A stretch of 18,001 nucleotides of DNA from the NCBI GenBank assembly GCA_046861395.1, contig JBHHUC010000041.1:1-18001 (forward strand), read 5' to 3'. The notes below the pieces were generated by a model. It ran no database searches, was not told the origin of the DNA, and was given only the letters and a program-made list of their open reading frames with translations. The translations under genes were made by a program, and so were the position numbers. Source of the stretch: Fidelibacterota bacterium (GTDB lineage: Bacteria > Fidelibacterota > Marinisomatia > Marinisomatales > JABMOV01). Below, one piece after another: positions 1 through 8,708 of the stretch (the stretch's first letter is position 1; each line of letters opens with the position of its first letter).

Positions 1-3000
1 AATCGTCCTACCATTTCCAATGTTACGTCTACAACCAATGACGGGACATATAAAATCGGTGATCTGATCAATGTCACTCTCACTTTTTCGGAGTCCATGA
101 CCTTATCCGGCGGCAGTCTGGAATTACTCATGGAAACCGGTACCACAGATCAAACCGTCCTGATTTCAGCCTTTTCCGATCAGCTTTCGGTGAGCGGGAC
201 CTATACCGTACAGGAAGGGGATGAAAGTGGTAATCTGGCCGTTTCATCCGTGGCACTGGGAACCGGAGCAACGCTGGTAGATGCGGCGGGAAATGCCCCG
301 GCGAATCTCCAAATCCCGACCTCGGCAAATCTGAGCGACAATTCCTCCATCGTGATTGACGGTGTTCGTCCCACCATCTCCTCCATTACATCCTCCTCGA
401 CGGATGGCGACTATCAGATCGGAGATGATATCAGCTTTACCATTACCTTTTCGGAAGCCGTAACGCTGTCGGCCGGCAATCTGCAGGTAACATTTGAAAC
501 GGGAACGACGGATCGAACCGTGAATATCAGCTCCATCAGCGGAACAACGGCCACGGGGACCTATACCGTCCAGGCCGGAGATGAAAGTAGTGACCTGACC
601 GTGGCATCCGTTACCGTTGCAGGCGGAAGTCTCCTTGATGCCAACCTGAATGAAATGACGGATTTTTCCATTCCGTCCGGACAAAATATAGCGGATGGAA
701 GCAGTATTGTCGTAGATGGTATCGTACCCACATCAGATCAGGTTGGCAGTATCACCTCCGTGGGAGGTAATGTACAATCCGGCTATTGGAACAGTACTAA
801 TACCAGCATCGAAGTCACTGTTCCCCTGGATAACGCGGATAATTCCCTGGTGGGTGGCACCATTCAACTGACGGCCAAGGTTGATGCCAATTCATATGCC
901 AATCTGGGAACCGCAGCCACTATCACATCAACGGATGTGAGCACGGGGCTGAAGTCCATTAGCATTACGGCGGGGGACCTGGAAGCCCTAACTGGTTTTT
1001 CCGACGATGGCCAGGTCACTGTCACCGCCGAAGTCTCAGATAAAGCCGGGAATTCCGTCACCTATACTGCCAGTGCCACCACGCTGACCATTGACCAGAC
1101 CATCCCGTCTTATTCCAGCATTACATCCACGGATATTTCCGGGACCTACAATATCGGGGACACGATTAACATTACGGTGAATTTTACCGAAGCGGTGAGT
1201 CTGGACCAGGGTGATCTTCAAATCAATATGAATACCGGTCAGACGGTGACCATCCCCGAAGCCGATCTCGTCAATGCCATTGCGGTTTCCGGGACTTACA
1301 CCGTCCAAAGCGGCGATGAAACATCAGCGTTGGAAGTCAATACACTGGATGTTACGACCGGCGGACAGGTTCTGGATGCCGCCGGTAATCCCATGACACT
1401 ATCCGTCCTGGTGGTAAGCAATGATTTATCTGCCACTAAAACCATTATCATCGATGGCATTGCGCCGACCCAATATACTTTGGGAGACGTCACTACGACG
1501 GGGGGAACGGTAGTCGCCGGTTACTGGAACAATTCCAATACGGGTATCTCCGTCGTCATTCCATTGAATGTCAGTGATGCTTCCCTGGATGACGGTTCCG
1601 TGCAATTGAAGGGAAAACTTACAACGGCTTCCAGCTACACCGCTATCGGTTCTGCCACCCTGATTGTCAATTCCGACCGAACGGCCGGTACCATGACGGT
1701 CACGGCAACGGATGCCGACCTTGGCGGTTTACTGACTGATGGTGAGACGATTGAATTCATTGCCACCATCACCGATGCGCCCGGAAACACCACCGATTAC
1801 ATTACCAGCGCAATAACATTGATTGTCGATTTGACCGATCCTGCCAATCAAACCGTGGGGGCCGTCACGGCCACCGGAGGTACGGTAGTGGCCGATTACT
1901 GGAATGGCACGAATGACGGCATTTCCGTTACCGTACCCATCGACGGGACGGACAATAGCCTGGTCGGTGGGTCGGTTTATTTACAAGCCGTGTCCGGAAC
2001 GGGAAGCAGTTTCGATACTGTCGGCGTAGCTTTTTCGATTGCCAATTCCGATCTCATTGCCGGGAGCAAGACTCTGACGGCTTCGGCCACTGGAACGGCT
2101 GCCACGGACCTGAAGGAAATCGCGACCTGGTCGGACGGGAATTCACTACGGTTCCGAGCCGTGATTTACGATATGGCCGGGAACAGTCAGGTATTTACGG
2201 AAAGCAACACAACGCTGCTTATTGATGAAACCGTTCCCACCGTGATCAATGTGTTTTCCACCTCCGGTGACGGCGCTTACATGGAAGACGATACGGTCGA
2301 TATCTATATTCGTACCAGTGAAGATGTAACCGTGGCCACCGGTACACCGCAACTGACGCTGGAAACCGGCACGCAGGATGCAATTGTGTCTTATGATAGC
2401 GGTTCAGGTAGTGATTCTCTGAAATTTCGCTATGTTGTTGCCTTCGGCCAATCCTCAAGTGATCTGGATTATGCCTCCAATACGGCATTGAGCCTGGCGG
2501 GGAGTACCATCCGTGATGCTGCCGGGAATGACATGACTCTGACACTGCCCGATCCGGGGGGAAGCGGTTCCCTGAGCAGTAATAATGATATTGTCATCGA
2601 TACACAGATTCCGGCTGCCGTGATCTCGCTTGATCCCGATTCCCTGTACCGGGAAGGAGAAGTCGTCAACATTATTGTGAATTTCGATGAATCCATGGAT
2701 TTGACACCGGTTGTACAGGTCGATTTTGCCGGCGGTACCGTGGAAGGACCGTACAGCATGGTTCAGTCCGGTAATGATTCAACCTGGACCAAGAGCATTA
2801 CCATACCGGCCGGTAACGACGGCGTAGCTACGATAACGGTAACCGGAAATGATCTGGCCGGGAATGCATTGACCAACGGCAATACCACGGGTCGGCAATT
2901 GTTGCGTGTCGATAATACGGCACCGACCTTATCATCGTTATCCCCGGCGGACAATGCCTACGTAAATCATACCCGGGTGAATTATGTCATCAGCGAAACG

Positions 3001-6000
3001 GTGGCTTCCGGGTCGGTAACCTGGGTCCGAACGGCGGGAAGCGGTGATCCGGACAGCCATGTGGCAACCCTGGACGGGAATCAATTGATCGGTGGATTCA
3101 CCTATCAGGAGATCGATCTGACGCCGGTGCCGCCTCTGGTTGATGGTACGATTTACACCATGACTTTTTCCGTGACGGACTCTGCCGGGAACACGTCACC
3201 GGATTATAATATTACCAACGTAGTCTATGATACAACCCGGCCTACGGTAACCTATACCTATTCTGACACGGTGGTAAATGGGGGAACCAACGTCACCATC
3301 ACGGGACAATTCAATGAAAGTATAACGGCGACACCCTTACTCACCGTCAACTATGCCGGTACGGATGATTTGACCGATGCACCCCTGTCCGTGGTCGCCG
3401 GGACGGATTCAACCCAATGGGAGATCACCGTAATCATTCCAACGGGTGAAGGGAATAACGGTTATGCCAATTTAACGGTGAATGCTAGTGACCGGGCCGG
3501 GAACACTCTCCTTTTCACGGGGCAGACTGATGCCGGCATCATGCTGGTGGACAATTCCCAGCCCACGGTGTCCTTTGCCTATGCCAATCTCACGCAACCG
3601 GGACTGGGGAACAGAGGGAAAGCCGGGGATGTTATTCGCATCACGGCCACCTTCGATGATCGGATGATTACACCGACATTGAATATTCAGTATGCCGATA
3701 CTCTCATTACGGGGCTCCTGCATAACGGCACTAATCCCAGCGATTCGGTATGGATTTATGACGTAACCTTGCCGGCCGACTCTGCCAATACGGGTACCTT
3801 TATCATTTCCACCGATTCCACGGATTTCGCAGGGAATACGGTGGCTACCTATACCGATAATGATATTTTTGAACTGGACAATATTCCGCCGGCCGGCTTT
3901 ACCACCGGAGAAATTTTACCGATCGCCACCAATGGTGTACCTACCTGGATCAATGAATCGACTACAGCCCTGCAGATCAATATTCCCGTTGCTTCGGCAA
4001 CCAATGATCCCACAATGATCGATGGTGGCATTGTCATTGAAATGTACAATTTGACGCGGGGAACCGATTATCGGATTGTGGCTGATACTACCGCCATTAC
4101 ACAGGGGGGAACGAATATTGTAACACGATCCGTTGCAAATATCATATCCGCCATAGATTTACAGGAAGGTGACCGCATCAGGACCCGAGCCCTGCTCTAT
4201 GATCGGGTGGGAAATCTTACCGTTGGTGATACAAGCAGTATAATTTTCCGCTATGACGTTGATCCTCCAGTCTATAATGGATTATTGATTGAATATGTCG
4301 ATACCCTCTATTCCTCCGATCACTTTTCAGGGCAATGGAATGGCCGGTTTACCGAAACCGATCCAGATGTGGAATCCGGGCTGGACTATTATGAAATTGC
4401 CATGGATACAGAAACAGCCGCCGATACGATTGGTTTCATGAATTGGTTATCGACGGGTGCCAGTACCAGCATCGATACATTATTACCCCTTAGTCATCAA
4501 ACCAATTATCGTCTATATTTGCGCAGTCATGATATTGCTGGTAACATCAGCGATATTGTCCAGTTTGATACCACTTGGACCCGGCTAAACACGTCACCGA
4601 TTATTTCTCCCATGGATTCCGTGGGTCATTATGAAGACCTACCCTACAGTGACACAATAACGGTTACAGATGCTGATTTATCGACATTACTGGGCGATGA
4701 ATTCCGGTACGGTGTTACAACCATGCGTTTGCTGGATTCTTCCATTGTCAGCGGGATTTCGGTTGATTCTCTGACCGGTGTATTGACCTGGACTCCCAGT
4801 CAGGCTGATACCGGAAGGTACCAGGTCGCGATTCGTGTAAATGATGCCTGGGGATTTTCCGATACCCTTCACTATAATTTTACCGTAACCGCCGTGAATG
4901 ACACACCTACCGTTGCCATACTTCCTCCGGATGACAATATTACCTTTGCCGAAGACCATACCGATACGATTCGAATCAATTTGACGCAATATGCCCATGA
5001 TGTGGATAATGATTCCACGACCTTGGCCTGGCAGGCGGTGATCCTGGATACCACAGATAAACCGGGATTCCCCTTGGGACGGGTCATAATCGGTCCGGGA
5101 ACACCCTATTCCTTCAAGACTTTCCTGACCGACCGGTTTGGGGTAAGGAATAGTGGCCTGGATAAAAAGGCCCACCTTGTTTCCAGTTTTATAGAGCAAC
5201 AGGCAGAATCATTCACTAATAAAATTTCCATCAGTATTGATACACTGAATGGAATTACCTATGCCACTTTCGACTCCGATTCCAACTATTACGGTAGTGA
5301 TCATCGGATTATTTTCTACGCGACGGATCCTTCCGGTGCCTTTAATCAGGATACAATCCTGCTAACCATCCTACCGGAAAATGATCCGCCTACCTGGATG
5401 ACGGTGGAAAACCAGTTTATCTATGAAAATGATTCCCTGAAACTGGACGTCACGGAATTTGTGTCCGATGTAGATGATTCATTGTTGACATTCACCGTCA
5501 CAGCCATGACAAATATTGACAAACTGACAATTATACCATCTCAGTTTACTGCAACGACAACCGGTGATTCGGTTGTGTTCAGACCACAACCACTATGGTC
5601 CGATTCCGCCCGAATCCAAGTCATCGTAAATGACGGACAGGCCGCTGATACGGTACAGTTCACCATTGATATCATCCGTGTCAAGCGTCCTCATTTATCC
5701 ATTGCCGTAATCCAGAATAATGCCTTTACAAATTATTTCAATATCATAGTCACCGATTCCGTTCAGAAAACGACATCCCTCAGTCTGACAGTTCAACAAC
5801 AGATTATTCCACTGGATACCATTGCTCATTACACTTATTCGGGGACGCATAATTTTGATCAGGGAGGAACCTATCAGTTTGACGCCTATGCCGTTGGCGT
5901 TGTCGGTGATACAACTGTTAGTCGGCAGGTAGGTCTGACCATGGCCCGCAGTGGGGGACGCTGGTCCGGAAGCAGTCCCGATGGAAATTTCCGCCTAACT

Positions 6001-6588
6001 GGCGAACCGGGAGCCGTGGGGTTCGATCAGGCCATCCTGGTTATCGATTCATCTCTGTTTGTACCCACATTCAATGATAAGGCTTCCTACCTAATTGGCA
6101 ATGAAGACATGGTATTCGATAAACCCATCTTGGTCTCATTTCGATCAGGAAGTGAGCATCTGGCTATCTATCGCCGTGATATTGGATATGATTGGGTTGA
6201 ACTCCCGTCCATTAATAATGATGAAAAAATGATTATCGCCTACACCGACCGCATGGGTTATTATCGTCTGGGACCCAAAACCATCTATGTTCCCGGAAAA
6301 ACGAACTTGGTCAACAATTATCCCAACCCCTTCAATCCTTATACTACCATTCAATATGATATCGGTTTCCAAGACGGGCCCGAGCAGAATATTAACATTT
6401 CCGTATTTAATATCCGGGGACAACATATTGCCACGTTATTTTCCGGTCCTCAGTCCATCGGTCGGCATACGGTGAGTTGGAATGCCCGCGATGACAATGG
6501 CAGCTCCATGGCCACGGGAATGTATTTCATTCATTTGACGACCAATGCAGGTGTGGCTAAAACCAAGAAAGTCATGTTGATCCGATGA
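1..6588 (+). CDS. Giant secreted/surface repeat protein (5'-truncated, >2195 aa): 13 Ig-like 'DxAGN' modules, 3 cadherin-like modules, C-terminal T9SS type A sorting/FlgD-Ig-like domain
   Basis: Frame 1 is open from base 1 (NRPTISNVTSTTNDGTYKIGD...), so the ORF-track Met at 97 is internal. Modules of ~105-130 aa recur, each ending D-x-A-G-N...ID-x-x-x-P. Cadherin-like motifs (ED...DAD/DVD...VND/END-x-P) span 4591-5682. The C-terminus NYPNPFNPYTTIQY...FNIRGQ...WNARD...G.YF...KKVMLIR spans 6316-6585. The protein is S/T/D/G-rich and I found no Cys. Confidence 0.9.
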   Translation, partial: NRPTISNVTSTTNDGTYKIGDLINVTLTFSESMTLSGGSLELLMETGTTDQTVLISAFSDQLSVSGTYTVQEGDESGNLAVSSVALGTGATLVDAAGNAPANLQIPTSANLSDNSSIVIDGVRPTISSITSSSTDGDYQIGDDISFTITFSEAVTLSAGNLQVTFETGTTDRTVNISSISGTTATGTYTVQAGDESSDLTVASVTVAGGSLLDANLNEMTDFSIPSGQNIADGSSIVVDGIVPTSDQVGSITSVGGNVQSGYWNSTNTSIEVTVPLDNADNSLVGGTIQLTAKVDANSYANLGTAATITSTDVSTGLKSISITAGDLEALTGFSDDGQVTVTAEVSDKAGNSVTYTASATTLTIDQTIPSYSSITSTDISGTYNIGDTINITVNFTEAVSLDQGDLQINMNTGQTVTIPEADLVNAIAVSGTYTVQSGDETSALEVNTLDVTTGGQVLDAAGNPMTLSVLVVSNDLSATKTIIIDGIAPTQYTLGDVTTTGGTVVAGYWNNSNTGISVVIPLNVSDASLDDGSVQLKGKLTTASSYTAIGSATLIVNSDRTAGTMTVTATDADLGGLLTDGETIEFIATITDAPGNTTDYITSAITLIVDLTDPANQTVGAVTATGGTVVADYWNGTNDGISVTVPIDGTDNSLVGGSVYLQAVSGTGSSFDTVGVAFSIANSDLIAGSKTLTASATGTAATDLKEIATWSDGNSLRFRAVIYDMAGNSQVFTESNTTLLIDETVPTVINVFSTSGDGAYMEDDTVDIYIRTSEDVTVATGTPQLTLETGTQDAIVSYDSGSGSDSLKFRYVVAFGQSSSDLDYASNTALSLAGSTIRDAAGNDMTLTLPDPGGSGSLSSNNDIVIDTQIPAAVISLDPDSLYREGEVVNIIVNFDESMDLTPVVQVDFAGGTVEGPYSMVQSGNDSTWTKSITIPAGNDGVATITVTGNDLAGNALTNGNTTGRQLLRVDNTAPTLSSLSPADNAYVNHTRVNYVISETVASGSVTWVRTAGSGDPDSHVATLDGNQLIGGFTYQEIDLTPVPPLVDGTIYTMTFSVTDSAGNTSPDYNITNVVYDTTRPTVTYTYSDTVVNGGTNVTITGQFNESITATPLLTVNYAGTDDLTDAPLSVVAGTDSTQWEITVIIPTGEGNNGYANLTVNASDRAGNTLLFTGQTDAGIMLVDNSQPTVSFAYANLTQPGLGNRGKAGDVIRITATFDDRMITPTLNIQYADTLITGLLHNGTNPSDSVWIYDVTLPADSANTGTFIISTDSTDFAGNTVATYTDNDIFELDNIPPAGFTTGEILPIATNGVPTWINESTTALQINIPVASATNDPTMIDGGIVIEMYNLTRGTDYRIVADTTAITQGGTNIVTRSVANIISAIDLQEGDRIRTRALLYDRVGNLTVGDTSSIIFRYDVDPPVYNGLLIEYVDTLYSSDHFSGQWNGRFTETDPDVESGLDYYEIAMDTETAADTIGFMNWLSTGASTSIDTLLPLSHQTNYRLYLRSHDIAGNISDIVQFDTTWTRLNTSPIISPMDSVGHYEDLPYSDTITVTDADLSTLLGDEFRYGVTTMRLLDSSIVSGISVDSLTGVLTWTPSQADTGRYQVAIRVNDAWGFSDTLHYNFTVTAVNDTPTVAILPPDDNITFAEDHTDTIRINLTQYAHDVDNDSTTLAWQAVILDTTDKPGFPLGRVIIGPGTPYSFKTFLTDRFGVRNSGLDKKAHLVSSFIEQQAESFTNKISISIDTLNGITYATFDSDSNYYGSDHRIIFYATDPSGAFNQDTILLTILPENDPPTWMTVENQFIYENDSLKLDVTEFVSDVDDSLLTFTVTAMTNIDKLTIIPSQFTATTTGDSVVFRPQPLWSDSARIQVIVNDGQAADTVQFTIDIIRVKRPHLSIAVIQNNAFTNYFNIIVTDSVQKTTSLSLTVQQQIIPLDTIAHYTYSGTHNFDQGGTYQFDAYAVGVVGDTTVSRQVGLTMARSGGRWSGSSPDGNFRLTGEPGAVGFDQAILVIDSSLFVPTFNDKASYLIGNEDMVFDKPILVSFRSGSEHLAIYRRDIGYDWVELPSINNDEKMIIAYTDRMGYYRLGPKTIYVPGKTNLVNNYPNPFNPYTTIQYDIGFQDGPEQNINISVFNIRGQHIATLFSGPQSIGRHTVSWNARDDNGSSMATGMYFIHLTTNAGVAKTKKVMLIR
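4..4590 (+). repeat. Protein-level tandem array of 13 Ig-like modules of several subtypes
   Basis: Module starts at ~4, 364, 721, 1099, 1459, 1834, 2230, 2605, 2917, 3235, 3556, 3883 and 4261, each with a DxAGN-like motif. DNA similarity is still visible: 196-242 vs 556-602 match at 39/47 nt with an exact 360-bp offset. Confidence 0.8.
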
Positions 6589-7223
6589 AGTTTCGTGGAA
6601 TAATTATCCTGTTCATGATTTTTCTGGTGGTAACTAGCTGCCGCAAACAATATCAGGCCACGGAAGTGGATTTGGCGAATTACGGCTGGACGTTGTTTGA
6701 AGAAGGTAATTTTACCGAAAGCAATCGTTGGTTCATCGAGAGTCTCAAGGTCGATACATTGTATAAGGACGGTTATAACGGCGCCGGCTGGTCCTTCGGG
6801 AAAGTACGTTCCCTGGACAGTAGCATCGTGTATCTATCAGAAGGATTGAACTATACTCAGGATCCCAATATAATCGCCAATACGGATTATGAACTGAAAT
6901 CGGGTCTTTGTTTTGCCTATAATGCCCTGGGGGATGATTCGGCCTCCCTGGCCTGGGGAAATTCATTATTAACGGACTGGACCAATACCAATGTCACACA
7001 ATGGTCATTTTCCCACGATACGACCATTACTCATTTGGATATTTACGTCGTTATGGCGGTGGGTTATTTCAGATCCGGGCTCTTTGCTGAAAGCTTAACA
7101 ATGGTTCAGACTGTATTGGCTGAATTGGATTCCACAATAACCTTTACACCCGATATCACTTCTGTGGCGGGTCGCAATGCGTTGGCAGACGAAATAGAGT
7201 TTCTTCAAGTCCTTCTGCGTTGA
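6585..7223 (+). CDS. Putative lipoprotein with TPR-like helical repeats
   Basis: MKFR, a hydrophobic stretch and lipobox VTS-C (Cys19, 6639-6641). TPR-like segment GWTLFEEGNFTESNRWFIESLKVDTLYKDGYNGAGWSFGK. The start overlaps the upstream stop (ATGA, 6585-6588). Confidence 0.75.
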   Translation: MKFRGIIILFMIFLVVTSCRKQYQATEVDLANYGWTLFEEGNFTESNRWFIESLKVDTLYKDGYNGAGWSFGKVRSLDSSIVYLSEGLNYTQDPNIIANTDYELKSGLCFAYNALGDDSASLAWGNSLLTDWTNTNVTQWSFSHDTTITHLDIYVVMAVGYFRSGLFAESLTMVQTVLAELDSTITFTPDITSVAGRNALADEIEFLQVLLR

Positions 7224-7696
7224 TACCGTTATTCATGCATCAATCCGATATTCATACCCGCTGGATGAAAGAGGCTTTTCGTCTGGCCGAAAAGGCCCTG
7301 GACACAGGCGAAATTCCGGTTGGCGCCATCGTGGTTCAAGCTGGGAAAGTCATTGGGAGGGGGTATAACCAGCGGGAAAAATTGCATGACCCAACAGCTC
7401 ATGCTGAAATGTTGGCCATTACGGCGGCAGCCAATACCCTGGGCGACTGGCGCCTTACCGATTGTATATTATATGTGACCAAGGAACCATGCATCATGTG
7501 TGCCGGAGCCATTGTGAACGCACGTTTGCAACAGGTAGTTTTTGGCTGTTATGACGAAGAAAAGGGCGGGTGCGGTTCGCAGTATAATCTATGCCATGAT
7601 CCATTATTGCATTCCACGGTGTTGACGAAAGGTGGCGTCATGGATCGTGAATGTGCCGGAATCATTCAGGAATTTTTCAGAACTAAACGTAAATAA
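7220..7696 (+). CDS. tadA: tRNA-specific adenosine(34) deaminase
   Basis: Zn-deaminase motifs HAE and EPCIMC, plus EIPVGAIVV, GYNQRE..HDPTAHAEM, LGDWRL and a C-terminal FF-R basic tail typical of TadA. Start is TTG 7220 (overlapping the upstream TGA) or ATG 7235. Confidence 0.9.
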   Translation: MIPLFMHQSDIHTRWMKEAFRLAEKALDTGEIPVGAIVVQAGKVIGRGYNQREKLHDPTAHAEMLAITAAANTLGDWRLTDCILYVTKEPCIMCAGAIVNARLQQVVFGCYDEEKGGCGSQYNLCHDPLLHSTVLTKGGVMDRECAGIIQEFFRTKRK

Positions 7697-8473
7697 TCAT
7701 TTCCCCTTGAACTGGGGTTGACGTTTTTCAATAAACGCCCGAACACCTTCGTTTTTATCCTCAGTGTTGAATGTCAATCCGAATAATTGCGCCTCCATGC
7801 GCAGACCGTCATCCTGCTTCAACTCCAACCCGCGGTGGATGGATTCCAGGGCATATTTTACAGCAATTGGTCCGGCATCGTTAATGTGTTTCCCAATTTC
7901 CAAGGATTTATTCATGAGCTGATCCGGTTCCACAATGTAATTGACCAGCCCGATACGTAATGCTTTCTGGGCACTGATGAGATTACCAGATGTAATCATT
8001 TCAATGGCATGACCTTTCCCTACCAGTCGAGGAAGGCGCTGGGTCCCGCCCCATCCTGGAATGATTCCGAGTTTCACTTCCGGCTGGCCGAACATGGATG
8101 TGGTTGTCGCTACCCGAATATGACAAGCCAGAGCGATCTCACAACCTCCGCCCAGGGCATAGCCATTGATGGCGGCGATTACGGGTTTCGAATATTCTTC
8201 CAGGAATCGAGTAATATCCTGACCCCGCTTCGCAAATTCCAATGCTTCGTTGGAATTCAGTTTTTCCATTTCCTTGATATCAGCACCGGCAATAAAGGCC
8301 TTTGACCCGGTACCGGTAATGATGATGGAACCGACCCGGGGATTGCGGTGCAGGAGTCGCAATTCTTTTTTCAGGGCATAGATCACGTCGGTATTGATGG
8401 CATTCAGAGTATCTTCTCGGTTGATACGAACTACTCCGCATCCGTCAATAATTTCCTGATTCACGATTGACAT
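7697..8473 (-). CDS. crt: Enoyl-CoA hydratase/crotonase (short-chain, Crt-like)
   Basis: Motifs [22 protein letters not shown] and [25 protein letters not shown] with both catalytic Glu. C-terminal EG..AF.EKR.P.F.G. Purine-rich RBS upstream. The family is secure; substrate specificity is not. Confidence 0.85.
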   Translation of the reverse strand: MSIVNQEIIDGCGVVRINREDTLNAINTDVIYALKKELRLLHRNPRVGSIIITGTGSKAFIAGADIKEMEKLNSNEALEFAKRGQDITRFLEEYSKPVIAAINGYALGGGCEIALACHIRVATTTSMFGQPEVKLGIIPGWGGTQRLPRLVGKGHAIEMITSGNLISAQKALRIGLVNYIVEPDQLMNKSLEIGKHINDAGPIAVKYALESIHRGLELKQDDGLRMEAQLFGLTFNTEDKNEGVRAFIEKRQPQFKGK

Positions 8474-8708
8474 GGCTTTTCCCTTCTATTTCTTGTAAAT
8501 GATATTTTGGTTATGTTGCGTGGCATTTTGGAAAGATGGCATTTCCTGACCCAAGTATTTCCCCTATCACAATTTATCATGATCATGTTCTGCCGATCAC
8601 AAAATTAACGCCAATTGACCGTCATTTGAAATAAATCACTGGAATCCCGGGCCATGAAGGATAAATTATCTACTGCCACAATTTATGAATCGGAGACTTA
8701 TCACGCGA

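Noticed and set aside
97..99. ATG 97 as the start of the giant protein
   Set aside because: The frame is open to base 1, the preceding residues belong to the same repeat module, and there is no signal peptide. The true start lies upstream of the window.
8521..8602. Short repeats in the crt/subtilase divergent region (TGGCATTT x2, ATCACAA x2, palindrome CATGATCATG)
   Set aside because: They are too short to exceed chance in AT-rich DNA and form no complete CRP/FNR/Rex site.
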